This document shows positions 1 through 12,400 of a stretch of 64,000 nucleotides of DNA, in pieces (within the stretch, counting starts at the first letter, position 1; each line of letters starts with the position of its first letter). Below the pieces are notes generated by a model. It made no database searches and was not told the origin of the DNA. It was given only the letters and a program-made list of their open reading frames with translations. Where the stretch lies: positions 6,758,001 through 6,822,000 of the forward strand of contig CM120643.1 of NCBI GenBank assembly GCA_051362555.1, written 5' to 3'. The position numbers were made by a program, and so were the translations under genes. The stretch is from Lingula anatina (taxonomy: Eukaryota > Animalia > Brachiopoda).

Positions 1-240
1 TGATAAATGGATTAGATGGAAATTTTATCGAGTACTGAAAAACATATACTATCAAACAACTGCCTGTGTCAAAATCAATGACACATATACTGACTGGTTC
101 AACTGTCGTACTGGTGTAAGGCAAGGCAACAACATCTCGCCAACTTTATTCTCTATTTTTGCAAGTGATATAGTAAGTGAAAGTCATAATCTAGGAGTTG
201 GAATAACGTGGATAGATCTCTATCAACTACCCAAAATGAA
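1..240 (+). mobile_element. non-LTR retrotransposon (LINE) reverse-transcriptase fragment
   Basis: Frame 2 reads KFYRVLKNIYYQTTACVKINDTYTDWFNCRTGVRQGNNISPTLFSIF (the GVRQG..SP.LF RT motif). Frameshifted, and truncated before YADD. Confidence 0.85.
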
Positions 241-732
241 ATGATCTTCGAAACCATTGCAAATTTTCCACTCGAAAACCTTGACATCACTCAATAAGCA
301 CTATCTTTTCTCTACTTGACTGAACTGATTTCATTTTCTGATTTCATGTAATTTTCTTTGTTATTAATGTAATCCAAATTGTATTTAGTTGTGTTGTATA
401 CGTAAATTAGTTACGATCCTTTTCTTCTGCCTTTTATTTTCTTTCTTTCTGTATTTAATTATTTCTGGTAACTTTTGTGTTCCAATACTGAAATCTGATC
501 TCTAATGTTTGTACTTAGTTGTGTACGTTAACTAGTTATGACCTCCTTTGATCTCTTTTTTTTGCTATTATATATATATATATTTTTTTTTTCTGTGCTT
601 CTTGTGTATATGCATATACATATCTGTTTGTTTTATTTATTTACTTATTTAATTTTGTTTTACGTGGAGAGCATCTAATGCTTTTAGCGCTTTGCCTCCA
701 TTTCCCTTGAATAAACATTGTTAAAAAAAGTG

Positions 733-870
733 TTGCAGCCTATCAAAGTTGTTGGCAAATGGGAGACTGTTGGCACTGACCTGATAGGCCCTCTGCCGTT
801 ATCAGAGAATGGCAATAAATATGTCCTCACTCTGTCAGACTACTACACCAAGTGGATGGAGACATACCTA
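733..870 (+). mobile_element. Gypsy/GIN-Ginger-type integrase fragment
   Basis: LQPIKVVGKWETVGTDLIGPLPLSENGNKYVLTLSDYYTKWMETY is the start of the rve core (D.xGPLP...GNKY...DY.TKW.E). Confidence 0.85.
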
Positions 871-1002
871 ATTCTTTTTTAGATCTATTGTATTGAATTC
901 ATTTTAAGGTTTGGACTAAGGATAGGCACTAGCCCGCACCATGACTTCTTTGTTCAAGGACTAATTTTGGCAGCTCAATTTTTAAAATAAATCACCAATA
1001 AT

Positions 1003-1617
1003 ATAGACTCGCCCTTCAAGAAATCGACGCCTTCAAGAAATCGACGAAAACCGGAAGTGCATGTTTTTTGCACTGTTTTTCCTGTCATGCCCATCGTAAA
1101 CACTGTGTTGTCAAGTAAAACGAAGCATCTGATACAAAGTATCAAACGCGGCATTCACGTGCTTGCTTTCGATGCGTTCAGTACACTTTGTTTACACTGA
1201 CAAGTCGAGGTCAGGAATGCACAATGTTTTTCTATGTAATTACGCAGTTTCAATTTTGATTAGTGAATTTTCTTTTATCTGCATGGTCATTTTCCGAACA
1301 TTTGTATAAGCCACGAAATATTTCTCATCGAAAAATCACCCAGCAGCTTTCCAAGTAGAAGCGAGTGACGTCATGACGCACTTCCGGTTTTCGTCGAGAT
1401 CTTGAAGGGATTAGCGTTACGGTTTGCTGCACATTTAAAGCGTTCTGTCTCAAAATGTACTCAACTGCTTGGATTGAAATTTACAGAACTTATTCTTCAC
1501 ATGATATCACACATATGTGCTTAATTTGAGAGCTTTAGCTGTTATATGTTTTCTACAGTGCCCATTCAAAATTGAAAAAGAGCTATTTTCCGTCGATTTC
1601 TTGAAGGGCAAGTCTAT
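1003..1617. mobile_element. MITE / non-autonomous DNA transposon
   Basis: 27-bp TIR atagactcgcccttcaagaaatcgacg / cgtcgatttcttgaagggcaagtctat (1 mismatch), plus an extra internal inverted copy at ~1378-1409. Confidence 0.75.
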
Positions 1618-4149
1618 GATCTAATGACCTGAACCTAGAAGTAAAACTGATCTGCAATAGGTCATGTCATTATTTTGTTTATTACATTTTAGGCAATTCC
1701 TGCATTATAAATCTTATAACTTAAGAAAATTGCACTGTGTAATCATTCAAAAGATAAACCTATACATTATCCTCCCTTGTTGTGATAGATTTGATAAAGT
1801 TTCATATCGATAGATATACAGTTTCACTAAAAGAAAAAATGCCCAAAGATCGTCAGTACGGAGCTGTCACCAGCATACTTATTTTCACAGCGTACTTATT
1901 TTGGCAGCTTCAGTGCCAAATAGTGCAGCACGTACATATTTTGGCAGCGTACATATTTTGGCACAACAACGGGTGAGAACTTTAGAGGTGTGCATCAGAG
2001 GCTGGATGACCTCTACAATAATGGTTTTAACTTTTCATACAAGGAAGAGGATTTGGAAGATTTCAAGAAGAATGCAAGTTCATGTCATACTACTACTCCA
2101 AAAAGTGGCACACAACAGGACCTCCAAAAGCTAGAATACCTAAGCACCCCGCACCACACCACGAGGAGGTGAGGAAGACCAAACAGTACATTGCTGGATG
2201 TACAGAGTGGGCTTACCACTGAGCTCTCCATGTACCTCTAACAACCCACACCATGAGGAGATGAGGGAGACCAAATAATACATTGCTGGATGTACAGAGT
2301 GGGCTAACCACATCAACAGACAGCTGGCAAGGACAGCGCACAAGGTCAGAGCCAGAGTAGACTTCAAAGGATGCCCTGGCTATGTAGAATTGAACAAAGC
2401 TGACATGGAGCAAAGTCTTAAAAACCTAAGTCACATTCAGAATCTCAGAGGGTATGAATGACAGCCCAGCAGTGGAAGGAGATGGGAGATACAATAATAG
2501 CCTGTTCACCGGAGGGAACAAAAAAACTTACCAACTCAGACTGTTTACACTGTGGCAGAGAATGTGACCAGCCAGAAAGACATCATTGGTGTTTACACTG
2601 GTAACAAGTTATGCCATACTGCTCACCTGCTCAGAAGTAGAGGGGAACATGTCTCTTGTCCAGAGCAGTGGAGTGTGCACAGCCAATCTACGAGAAGAAA
2701 ACTAAGGCAATCACAACCCATTACAAGTCAATAAAACAGCCTAACAAAAACTAAGAAATTAAATGCACATTAATAGTTCTATTAAATCTGTCAAGCAATA
2801 ATCATGTTATTGTATCATTCTTTAAATATTATGAATATTTCATTTTATGTGTGTGACTGTAACTTTTAATAATTAAACAACTGTCAATACTCTTACTACT
2901 ATCTTACTTGCAGTGAGAATGAACAACCTAACAGAAGCTGATAATGAGGGCTTTGGTACAATTGACCTAAGCTGGTTGGAGAGAAGTCAAGGTATTTTTT
3001 ATAATGTGCACTGCATGTTATAATAATAATAATTATTATTATAGCATTGGGGACAAGTTTAACCACTGATGGGGACAGCTGAGCCCAGCTGCATGTGACA
3101 ATGTTGAAAATCTTTGGAACACATGAAACTTTACCAAAGCTCTGAAAAAACAAATAGAAAAAGCACCATTTTCTGGTCAAGTGATTCCAGCAAAAACAAT
3201 ACACTAGAGACAAAATGCAAAAATGTTTTGCTCAGTGCATAGCAATATGCGCTGCTATTCTGAATTTGATGCTTGTTTTAGAGCAAATAAAGGGAACACA
3301 GAGTTGATTAAAAGTACTGAGTTACGTCATTGACTCTATAGTTAATCTTTACAGCAGTGACCGTCAAAATTGTTTAAAGTATTCATATGAATGAAAAGGT
3401 GGCTCAGAAACTATTTTCCCCTGTTTTTCATCTTTCTCCAGGAGGCTCTGGCCCGGGAAGCCAAAGCAGATTTTTTCAAGGCACATGGAACTTAAAAGAT
3501 CCACTCCAGCATCCAACCAACATCCAATGCCACAAATTAATGTACACATACATGGATATGCATTCTATAAGCAAAAGGTGTAACAGCTGTTTTTTTTTCT
3601 ATTTTATGATGTATATTTTATTTTTCAGAGGACTCCAGAATGGACATGGTGATAGATGTGGAAAATGAAAAACTTTTATGTTTGAATAGACTGGTAGAGA
3701 TTGAAGAAGAAAAATTGAAATTGAAGAAAGAAGTTTTTTAATTCAGAAAGAGAAAATTGGAGGTAAATTTGCCCAAATCGATTTACAGTCAATTTAAATT
3801 AAATGCCAATAAATAGTTAGTTACATGAACATGGCTCCTAGTTGTTTCATTCAATAACTAGCAAAATGAAGGATTTCAAAATCAAATAAAATATCCCGTG
3901 ACCATTTTACTCAGACAATAAGACCATAAAACCCAATAATTGTGCTCAAGAAAAATAATAATACTTAATAACATCTGTCCAAAGCTGGGGCTTTATGGGG
4001 CCATGAACATACGGATAGCAGATCTGGGGCTACACCATTCTAACAGACAGGTCTCCATTGGAAAAACTAAACCTCAGTTTTTGTAAACAACTTTTATCAT
4101 TAGACCATGCAGTAAGAAGAGAGACTGGAAGAAATCCTGCTCACATAAA

Positions 4150-4640
4150 GATTAAAATGCAATTATTAAAATTTTGGCTTAAAATATAACACTTGGATGA
4201 TAACAACCTACTTAAACAAGCATACCTATAGATGAATTACAATATTACAAATTATTCTCAACAAAAAGCCTGTCAAATCTGAAAGATGATAACTTCTCAT
4301 GGAGTGAAGGTATCATGAAACTCCTATTCGAAACGGATTTGGAGATGTATGGTTAAAACAGAATCTTCACATAAAATTCCCTAGCACATTAAAAAACACA
4401 TCATCAGTGGTTTTGTACAAAACTTGCACAGTTAGAATGAGGACAAATCTAAATCCAGCACCTATTGCCAATTCAAAAATACATTTAAAAAAGAAAAATA
4501 TCATGACGTTGTTCAAGATGATGAAAAAAAGAAAAAGCCTTAGTTGTTCTCGTCCATGCAGTGGGCATAAACTCCACATTGAAACAGGCAGATACACTAA
4601 CACCACTCCTGATGCACAAACACATCTACATTGCTGCTTT
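4150..4640 (+). mobile_element. LINE ORF2 C-terminal relic
   Basis: Degenerate KFWLKI...LLKQAY...SW...IMKLL..GFGDVWLKQ and SGHKLHIETGRYTNTTP motifs, typical of the post-RT region of invertebrate LINEs. Confidence 0.7.
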
Positions 4641-5136
4641 AATTTGATATACTCAGGAAATACTGTAGCATCATATTCAAACTGCTTAAGATAACAAAAC
4701 AATATCATAAAATAATCCAATCATGGAACTAAGATTAAAAAATCCAAAATGCAGTTTATCAGTTATAGTGTAAACAACAAATGTGTCACAAAGTGCTGAC
4801 TATGGCAATGACACTGGACAGACACAGTGATCAGAATATAGACAGACTGAAAGTGTCTGTATATAATAAATATGTGATAAAATTTGCATAATACAACTTC
4901 ATGACCTCACAATAACAGAGATCATCTATAACACATCATATATGACCTGAAATATATGTATTTGCATTAAAACATTTTCACAGAAGTCTTGTTCTCTTCA
5001 GTGATGGCTTATTGTCTACTACAATCTCACTGTACATGTATATGCTACCTCTACTAGTACTGTAACAGTTTCCATGCATATGGGGAAAATTATTATAACA
5101 CATCACAACTGAGCTGAAATATCAATTCACTTTTAA

Positions 5137-6113
5137 AGACAGTCTCAGCGCGTTAAACCCTTAAAATAGCACGAAAATGAATTTTCCTGAAAATCTCACC
5201 AATTTCCCCATAATGACCAAGGTATATCCTATCCAAAACCGTTCAGAAAATGAAGCTACCTAATACCGTTTTTAAGTTCCATTAAATAATAAAAGACGAC
5301 TCGTCTTAAATACTCAGCTACCACCTCACAGTACGGCTTCAGAACGCGCAATTTCTCGCTAAGTCTCGCGGTTTACTATGAATGAAGTACTACGGCTGAG
5401 ACCCGGATATTACTATTTGGCGCCAAAACAGCAAACATGGAGACGCGTGTCAAGTCTGAAGAGGAGAGCGACAAAAGGGGACGAAAGAAAATAGCCACTC
5501 CAGTTCGAAAGATACGAAAGAAAATTACAGACAGACGAAGAAGCACTCAGACTGTGTATGTTGGGAGGGAGGTGGGGCGGTGGAGGACACTAAAAGCTGA
5601 GTTAGGAGGCAATGGCGAAACTACTCCTCGACACGTGAGTATGCGCTTCACAGGTCTCAAGTGTGTCTCATTATCATATTATCCTGTTCACAATAAATGA
5701 CAATATTTGTGCTCATACAAAGTTGGTTACGTGTATAAGAGCGTTTTGGGCTTTACGTTTTCTGTTTTTGATCGGTACATGTACCGAAAAGGTGGACAGG
5801 CGGCATTTACATGTTTGACAAGTTTCGCTCTGTAGTCGTGACGTATATCTCATTCTGACTGAAGCCTGCTGTGATTGGTCGTAAGCGTGGGAAAATCGAG
5901 GTCGTGACCTTGAGCCGGAGGTACTTCCGGCTGTGCTCCGAAATCATGATAAATAGTTTTCGTTTTCTAATTTTTTATTCTAGTTGTCTAAACAGAACTT
6001 TTGTGACCCAGACTTATTAATATAATAATAAACAATCTCACAAAACACAAATTTGACCAAAGTTTTACATAGAACCTGCTTCTATACATTAATCTAACCC
6101 ACTGAGACTGTCT
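5137..6113 (+). mobile_element. Kolobok-type non-autonomous DNA transposon with a relic first exon
   Basis: TTAA target duplication (5133-5136, 6114-6117) and TIR AGACAGTCTCAG...CTGAGACTGTCT with RR...YY ends. Internal ATG at 5437 and gtgagt donor at 5635. Confidence 0.75.
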
Positions 6114-6815
6114 TTAAACATTTCATTGTTTATTCGTCTTCAGTGACAGGGTATTGTCCAACACAATCTCCTTCCTTTATATACCCTGCCTCTATAGTTT
6201 CCATGCATATGGGAGAAATTGATTCTTTGTGTTACCTGGAACCCACATTTGTTGTGTAATTGTACTGTTCCATATAACTGGCTCCACAGGATCTGCTGTG
6301 TTGGGAAGTCTTGTTCTGGGTGGTTCTGGCATCACTCTCTCTCACTCAGTATAAAACTGACCTCTTGGTCTGCCAGCAACTCTTTATAGAATTCCAGAAA
6401 TGTATTTGCTAAAAAATGTAGATGAAATGAGTGTAACTGTTTGCAATGTAACTGGGTCATCTCTGTAATATAGTGCAAACTATTATTTAATAGGAACCAT
6501 TTAATGATAGATACACTATTCATATAAAGGATGCTTTTGTAAAATGCACCAAATCATTTTTGTATCTTGTGTGTACAAGATGAATTGGTTCAAATTCCTA
6601 ACAAATGACAGGTGTGATTAATAAAGCACTTGATAAATATCATAATTCAATTTGGGTGGTTCTGGCAGCATATCAGTTGAATGTGCCTTGTAGAAGTATA
6701 CTTTATGAGGAGTAACATGAAAGATGTGAACATTTTACTTAAATTCAAAGGAAACACAAAATATGATAACTGATTCGTTGATCTTCACGGGAAGTATAGA
6801 AGACAAATTATCTAT

Positions 6816-7075
6816 TGTAACACAACTACTAGTACAAAACCAATCAATAATTTTGTGCACTACCTGCAAGGTGTTTTGTGGCATGGTGATGGGTGACGGT
6901 GGGTAATGACCACTGCTCCACCTTGGGTTGAATACATATCACCTGTTATTACCAGGTGCCGTGGGTCTCACTCGCCATGTGCTTCTTTCACACTTGTTCC
7001 CATTACCACGTCATCCACCAGGTGGTGGCCCCTGTCAAGACGTGCCTGATCGACAGCCATGTATTGGATATAACA
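6816..7075 (-). mobile_element. candidate 3' LTR of the adjacent Gypsy relic
   Basis: On the minus strand the purine-rich tract AAGGTTGGGAGGAA is followed directly by TGTTATAT, and a possible end GTGTTACA lies ~260 bp later. The far boundary is tentative. Confidence 0.45.
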
Positions 7076-7394
7076 TTCCTCCCAACCTTAATTTTTTTCT
7101 ACAACATATAAACTTAAAAAATAGTCTTTGTCAATCATTATCCTTGAATATTCTGCATCCTAATGAATTTTCAGTTTCATATTGTATAAAGTCACATCTC
7201 GAGTGCTACATGCTCAAGTTTTTCAGGCCAGTGATCCGCCTTCATCCTGATTTAATATAAATAATCTAAGAATACTTTTTTCAGGACAGCGATCCGCCTT
7301 CATCCTGATTACATAGAAATAATCTCAGATTCTTTTTTTTTTTAGGACAGTGATCTGCCTTCATCCTGATTACACATAAATGATTTAACTGTCA

Positions 7395-8350
7395 CTTTAA
7401 TACATAATCTTTAAAGTAACCTGGTTGTCTGATTGTTCTCTCTGGTCAGGTGTAAATTGGTTCTTCAATATGATCACTGTTTTTCTCTTGCTGTGGCATC
7501 TTCTTTTCAACTGAATTCTCTGTATTTACTGCAATATCATCTAAGTTTGGAATATTCTGTGTGTCTGTTGCTGCAAAGTCACTTTTCACTGTAATATATC
7601 ACTAAGTTGCAATTCACATGCATCATCTCGTCTTCTCATCTCATTTGTGTTTTCTTTCAAATACGAGTCTGCTGGAATTTCCATTACATCATCTGTTGTG
7701 TTTACCACATTGTTACACAGTTTGAATTGACTTGCGTCTCTGCAGATTGTTCTTCTGTCTGTAACTCTTCTGGCAGTAACTTGAGAACCATGTATTTCCA
7801 TGAAGATATAGAAAATTGGTGTTGTGAGTTTCTTTCTTTTGTTCTGTTTAACTAAAACATAGTCACATATAATGAGTGTATTCTCCCTCCAAGTTTGATT
7901 AGTGTTGGGTCAGTGAGTGTTTTCTCTGCTATCTCACCGAGAATCGCTGCATTTTTAGATTTGACCATCCATCCGATCATCTTCTCTGTACTATGACCAC
8001 CCATTTGTGGCAGTGGGTGTCTGGAGAGATAATCTGGGTCTGCATCATTCTTTCCTGGCTCATATACCACTTCATAGTCAATATCTTGTAAGTCCATCAC
8101 CCATTTTTCTATTCTCGGTGGTAATTTTGCTTGTGCTTTGTTAAACCTGGGTACTAATGGTTTGAGTGCTTCAATAATACTAAATTCTTCTCTCATGTCC
8201 CAGTATGGTTCAATGTCCTCATCTTTTCTGTATAGATTGCTGATTCCAATCTCCTATTGAGATTCTCCCTCCAAGTTTGATTAGTGTTGGGTCAGTGAGG
8301 GTTTTCTCTGCTATCTCATTGAGAATCACTGCATTTTCAGGTTTGACCAC
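7395..8350 (-). mobile_element. Ty3/Gypsy pol relic (RNase H end, connector, integrase C-terminus), rearranged
   Basis: KPLVPRFNKAQAKLPPRIEKWVMDLQDIDYEVVYEPGKNDADPDYLSRHP is the RNase H end; HGSQVTARR...RDASQFK and PERTIRQPGYFKDY are the pol C-terminus. 7885-7965 is duplicated at 8265-8345. Confidence 0.85.
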
Positions 8351-10799
8351 TCTGCCAAACTGTGTGCCTGAGCTGAAAAAAACAAAAAAGAGAAACACTC
8401 ATTATAAACACTCAACAGGCCTGTAGCCAGCTATTTCAAAAGGTTTTTCTTTTCCTAAAAAAAAGTGGTCATTTTACCATGAAACCATTGTCTACCTAAA
8501 TAAAAATTTACCCAGAGGGAACCTTTTCCTGGCAATAAAGGGGTGTTTGTTCGCATGTCTAAACTGGCAGTGGTCCTGGGCACAGCAAAGTCAAACTTGG
8601 CAGCTTCCTCATATTTGCAGAAATTTTTACTTTAAAACAATTGCTAATGTGCATCTGATGTTTTGCCATGGCTTCATGTAAAAAAAAAAATCCAACTTAA
8701 AATTGGCATCATTTTATATTGGCAATTTAAGCTAAATTTAGAGGGACATTTGTTGTGACTTTGCATCTTAAGCGACCCGACATGCCTCAAAATGTGTCAC
8801 AACACTATATTCAATGCAGGAATGGTGCAGTCCAGATGTAACATTGTAATAATGTGATGTTATACTTGGCTACATACTGGGGTATGTATGAATTCCTAAC
8901 ATGCAAAGCCATTACTTCACTGCAGTTGGAGGGCTATGGCTAAATAGAGAGTTATAAAGATACCTGATAGGACGAAGTGAACACTGCAAAAATCCCCAGA
9001 AATAACTTTTTAGACAACATATAGAAACCCTATTGCTCTCTAACTCTGCTAGAACTTTTTACGTTTTACCTCAGATATTTCCAGGAATCCAGATCTACTG
9101 AATAACACTTATAACACTCCCTTTATCTATCCTCTAGCTCTTGTATCTGCAGCTCTCTTTCTCTCTCTCCTCTCTCTCTCTCTCTCTCAAAAGCCCCGCC
9201 CAACTGTCGCTTTCAATCCCAAGACTTCCGGTACCAGATCACTGCAACAAAGTACTCATGCACCCTTTTGTCATCAAGAATGTGTTTGCATGCATTTAAA
9301 AGGATGCTGGAACCGTGGAATGTCCTACTGGTTCAGATCAAACTTTTATGGTAACCCATAAATATATCTTAGCCTTAGTATAACGTTATTTTATAACGTG
9401 TAAAATTTTCCCGCTCCGTCCGACTAAGTAGGTCAAAGAAAACCCGCAGTGAATACTGGGTCACATCTCGGTACATCCGGTCACATGAAGCGCGCCGCTG
9501 TTTTACTCTGATCTGCTTCCCAGTTATTATATCTTCTGATTTTTTGTTTAGATATGATATTATTGATTGAGAATAAATTATAACAAAAAAGGTAATTAAA
9601 AATTCTTTTTTTATTGTTATTATTATATATTTTCTTTTTGCTTCAACTTTTGCTGGATCTCAGCACTGCTAACACAACGTTCAATTTAAAGACCTTCGCA
9701 TTTAGAGCAATTAGGTCCTACCATTAAAAGTATAATAAACAAGCTTGAAAATATTCTAAAGTCAATTTTGTCTGCACATCATCTAGTACCTGTATTTTAC
9801 TTTTATAGACTGTGCTAGAGACTACGTACGCTAGTAAGCTTATAATTAGATGCGCGTTAATTTTTTTTTTCAAAACGTCTAAATGTTTCCCTCAATTCCA
9901 AGTATATTTTCTCAATGCCTGGTAACGAAGGTTTTTTGCAAATGGCTTTTTAAGAGAATGCAACTTATTCGTGTTTCGAGTAAAACATTTGACTGTGCCC
10001 TATTAACATATCGTCCAGCTAATCATGAGGGCCCGCTGGGAAGGGGGGGGGGGGAGGGGGGTAGTGATAACAGTTCAAGGCCACAGGAAATAAAATCATC
10101 AAATCACAAATCACATAAATTAATTAAAAACTTCATTCGTACTGTATCTCATTGAAAATTCTAGTCTGGCGAGCTGAAAATAACTATCATTGAGTATATT
10201 AATGACTTCGTTCCACTATGGACGAGAGATAGGCCCCTACATGTAGAAACCCGGCCGCAATTCACGATTCACAGGAATGGGGTGCTTCACATCTCGGGGA
10301 ATGATAAGTGCATGTTACGAGTAAGGAAAATACCCAACGGGGCCTTCAGTCCTTGTCTTAACTAAAATGAAGATTTAATTAATGTCTAAAATATTTTAAA
10401 ACATTAAAGCAACTAAAATTAATGATCTAGAGCAAAAATACGCCACGTAGGATTTTTCAGCTTTTAAAAGTAGCTGCTAGTTATTTATTGCGTTATTTAA
10501 GATGAACATTCTAGACATTTTCTGAGACGTTACACATTATACTTGCTTCCAAACAGGTACCTTATATTTCTACTTTATTTAAAATAAACTTGAAATAAAC
10601 TCTCTCTCTCTCTCCGGTTGTCTCTGACCGAATTCACAATCAGTTGATCCTCGGACCAGAATCAGGTAACAAACCTCTTTTATGATAATTAACTGTTATG
10701 ACTGATAAATGAAACTGCATTTTTTCATTCGACAGCATCTTCCGCAACTTTACGAAAAAAATAAAAAATAAATATTTATATTGAAAACACATCTGTAGA

Positions 10800-11160
10800 G
10801 ATTAACTCTGAAAGATGAAAAAAATGCCCGAGCTTTTGGCTTGTGAACCTTCTTCAGGTACCAAAACAAGAATAAACAAGCAAACTACAGGGATGCGTGA
10901 CGTACGATGCATGTAAAAGGGACACGAAGTTAGAAGTGCGTGATAAAGGTTAACGTCTTGAAGATTACATAATAATAAACCAAGAATAATATTCGTTTAG
11001 ATACTCATTGTCTCTATAAAGTACTTTTTTGAAGTGTCTAATATTTTTATGAACTTCTTCTCGACAATCCGTCTTTGTCTTGTGTCGCGTATGTGTCCAT
11101 TTAAAATGGTGACTGTTTGTACTGTGGTGGTTCTTGATGCGAGCTTTAAGGGCGTAAGAC
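10800..11160 (-). mobile_element. Penelope-like element relic
   Basis: VTILNGHIRDTRQRRIVEKKFIKILDT resembles a GIY-YIG endonuclease C-terminus. Downstream is a degenerate hammerhead core, CTGAAGA-aggttcacaagcc-AAAA (10826-10860). Confidence 0.5.
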
Positions 11161-12155
11161 AGCTTTTTTTTCTATCGTTTTCACTTTTAATTACTATATT
11201 AGTTCTATTAATGTAGGCCTACATAGCTACCAATTATCTGCGCTTTAAGCTTGTACTTTTTATTACAGATACAAGCAAGGCAAGCAAAAAGTCTCTGGCA
11301 GTGAATTGTGAACTGTTGCTGCTACCACTCCTACATAAAGTAGATATTGCAAACATATATCGGCACATAAATCAATAAGATAGCAGACAACTTTCATGGA
11401 AAATAAACTGAAATTAAAGCTGGATATTCTTTTATCTATTATCATTTCGCACGTAAGCCTACGTCTTCATCACCATCATACTTCCGTTGCAGTCCGAAGC
11501 GACGAAGTTCAAACAGTGCACATATCCGCATAAATAGGAGATCCTTAGATCCATAAATAGGAGATCCTTACGTAGGAAACCACGCGCTAGAGAACGGCAT
11601 TCTTGTTGGCGGTATTGTCACTAATTTATAGAATCATGAACAAATCTGGATGACTCTATCTATAACAAAGTAATTATTACGTAAAAATAAAAAAAATACT
11701 TTTCAGAATAATACAAGAAAAATTATTGAAAAGAACAAAGGCAAAATAATTTTAAATTAAAAATTGAACCTGAACAACAAATACAGCTTCAAGCAAATGG
11801 AAATGAAAATAGAATATAGGCCCTACACACCCTTGACTTACGAGTTTTAAAAGCTACAATTAATTTTTAAAATAATGTCGGTACCTTGTCAATGTATGGC
11901 AGGACTACGTGAAAACGACATACACCCTCCTCTACACATACACTAAACACACACACACACACGCACGCGCACACACACACACGCACAGGCTCATCGTCGA
12001 AGAGGGGGAGAACCAAATCCAATCATCGAAGTTGTACATCGGTTCACTATTTGTCCTAAGTAAATCATCATAAAATAAACGAATCAGATCAAAATTACAA
12101 TAAAGCGCGGAATGTGCAGAGCAGCATAATCAACAACTGTGGGTTTGGATACAAA

Positions 12156-12367
12156 ACTGCTCTTCCCCGTTGCCAACGCTCTCAATTAAGTTCTATCTTT
12201 TAAAATAAAATGTGTATTGTATATAAAAAAACATGTATAAAACAACATACTTCGGTCGATAATCTAGCAGTGTGTAATACTGTGCATGAACCCAAATATG
12301 TTGTAGATGTAGCATAATCAAAATAGAAATACCATATCTTCTTGAACATGAAAAGTCACATTAGAAT

Positions 12368-12400
<33 letters not shown>

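Noticed and set aside
3430-3810. Exon-like pieces ending in a coiled-coil (EIEEEKLKLKKE...RKRKLE), reminiscent of Harbinger Myb/SANT partner proteins
   Set aside because: Contains a stop, has no recognisable domain, and I could not build a consistent frame.
6236-6410. Possible minus-strand exons (NTFLEFYKELLADQE; MPEPPRTRLP)
   Set aside because: Too short, no family match and no consistent exon chain.
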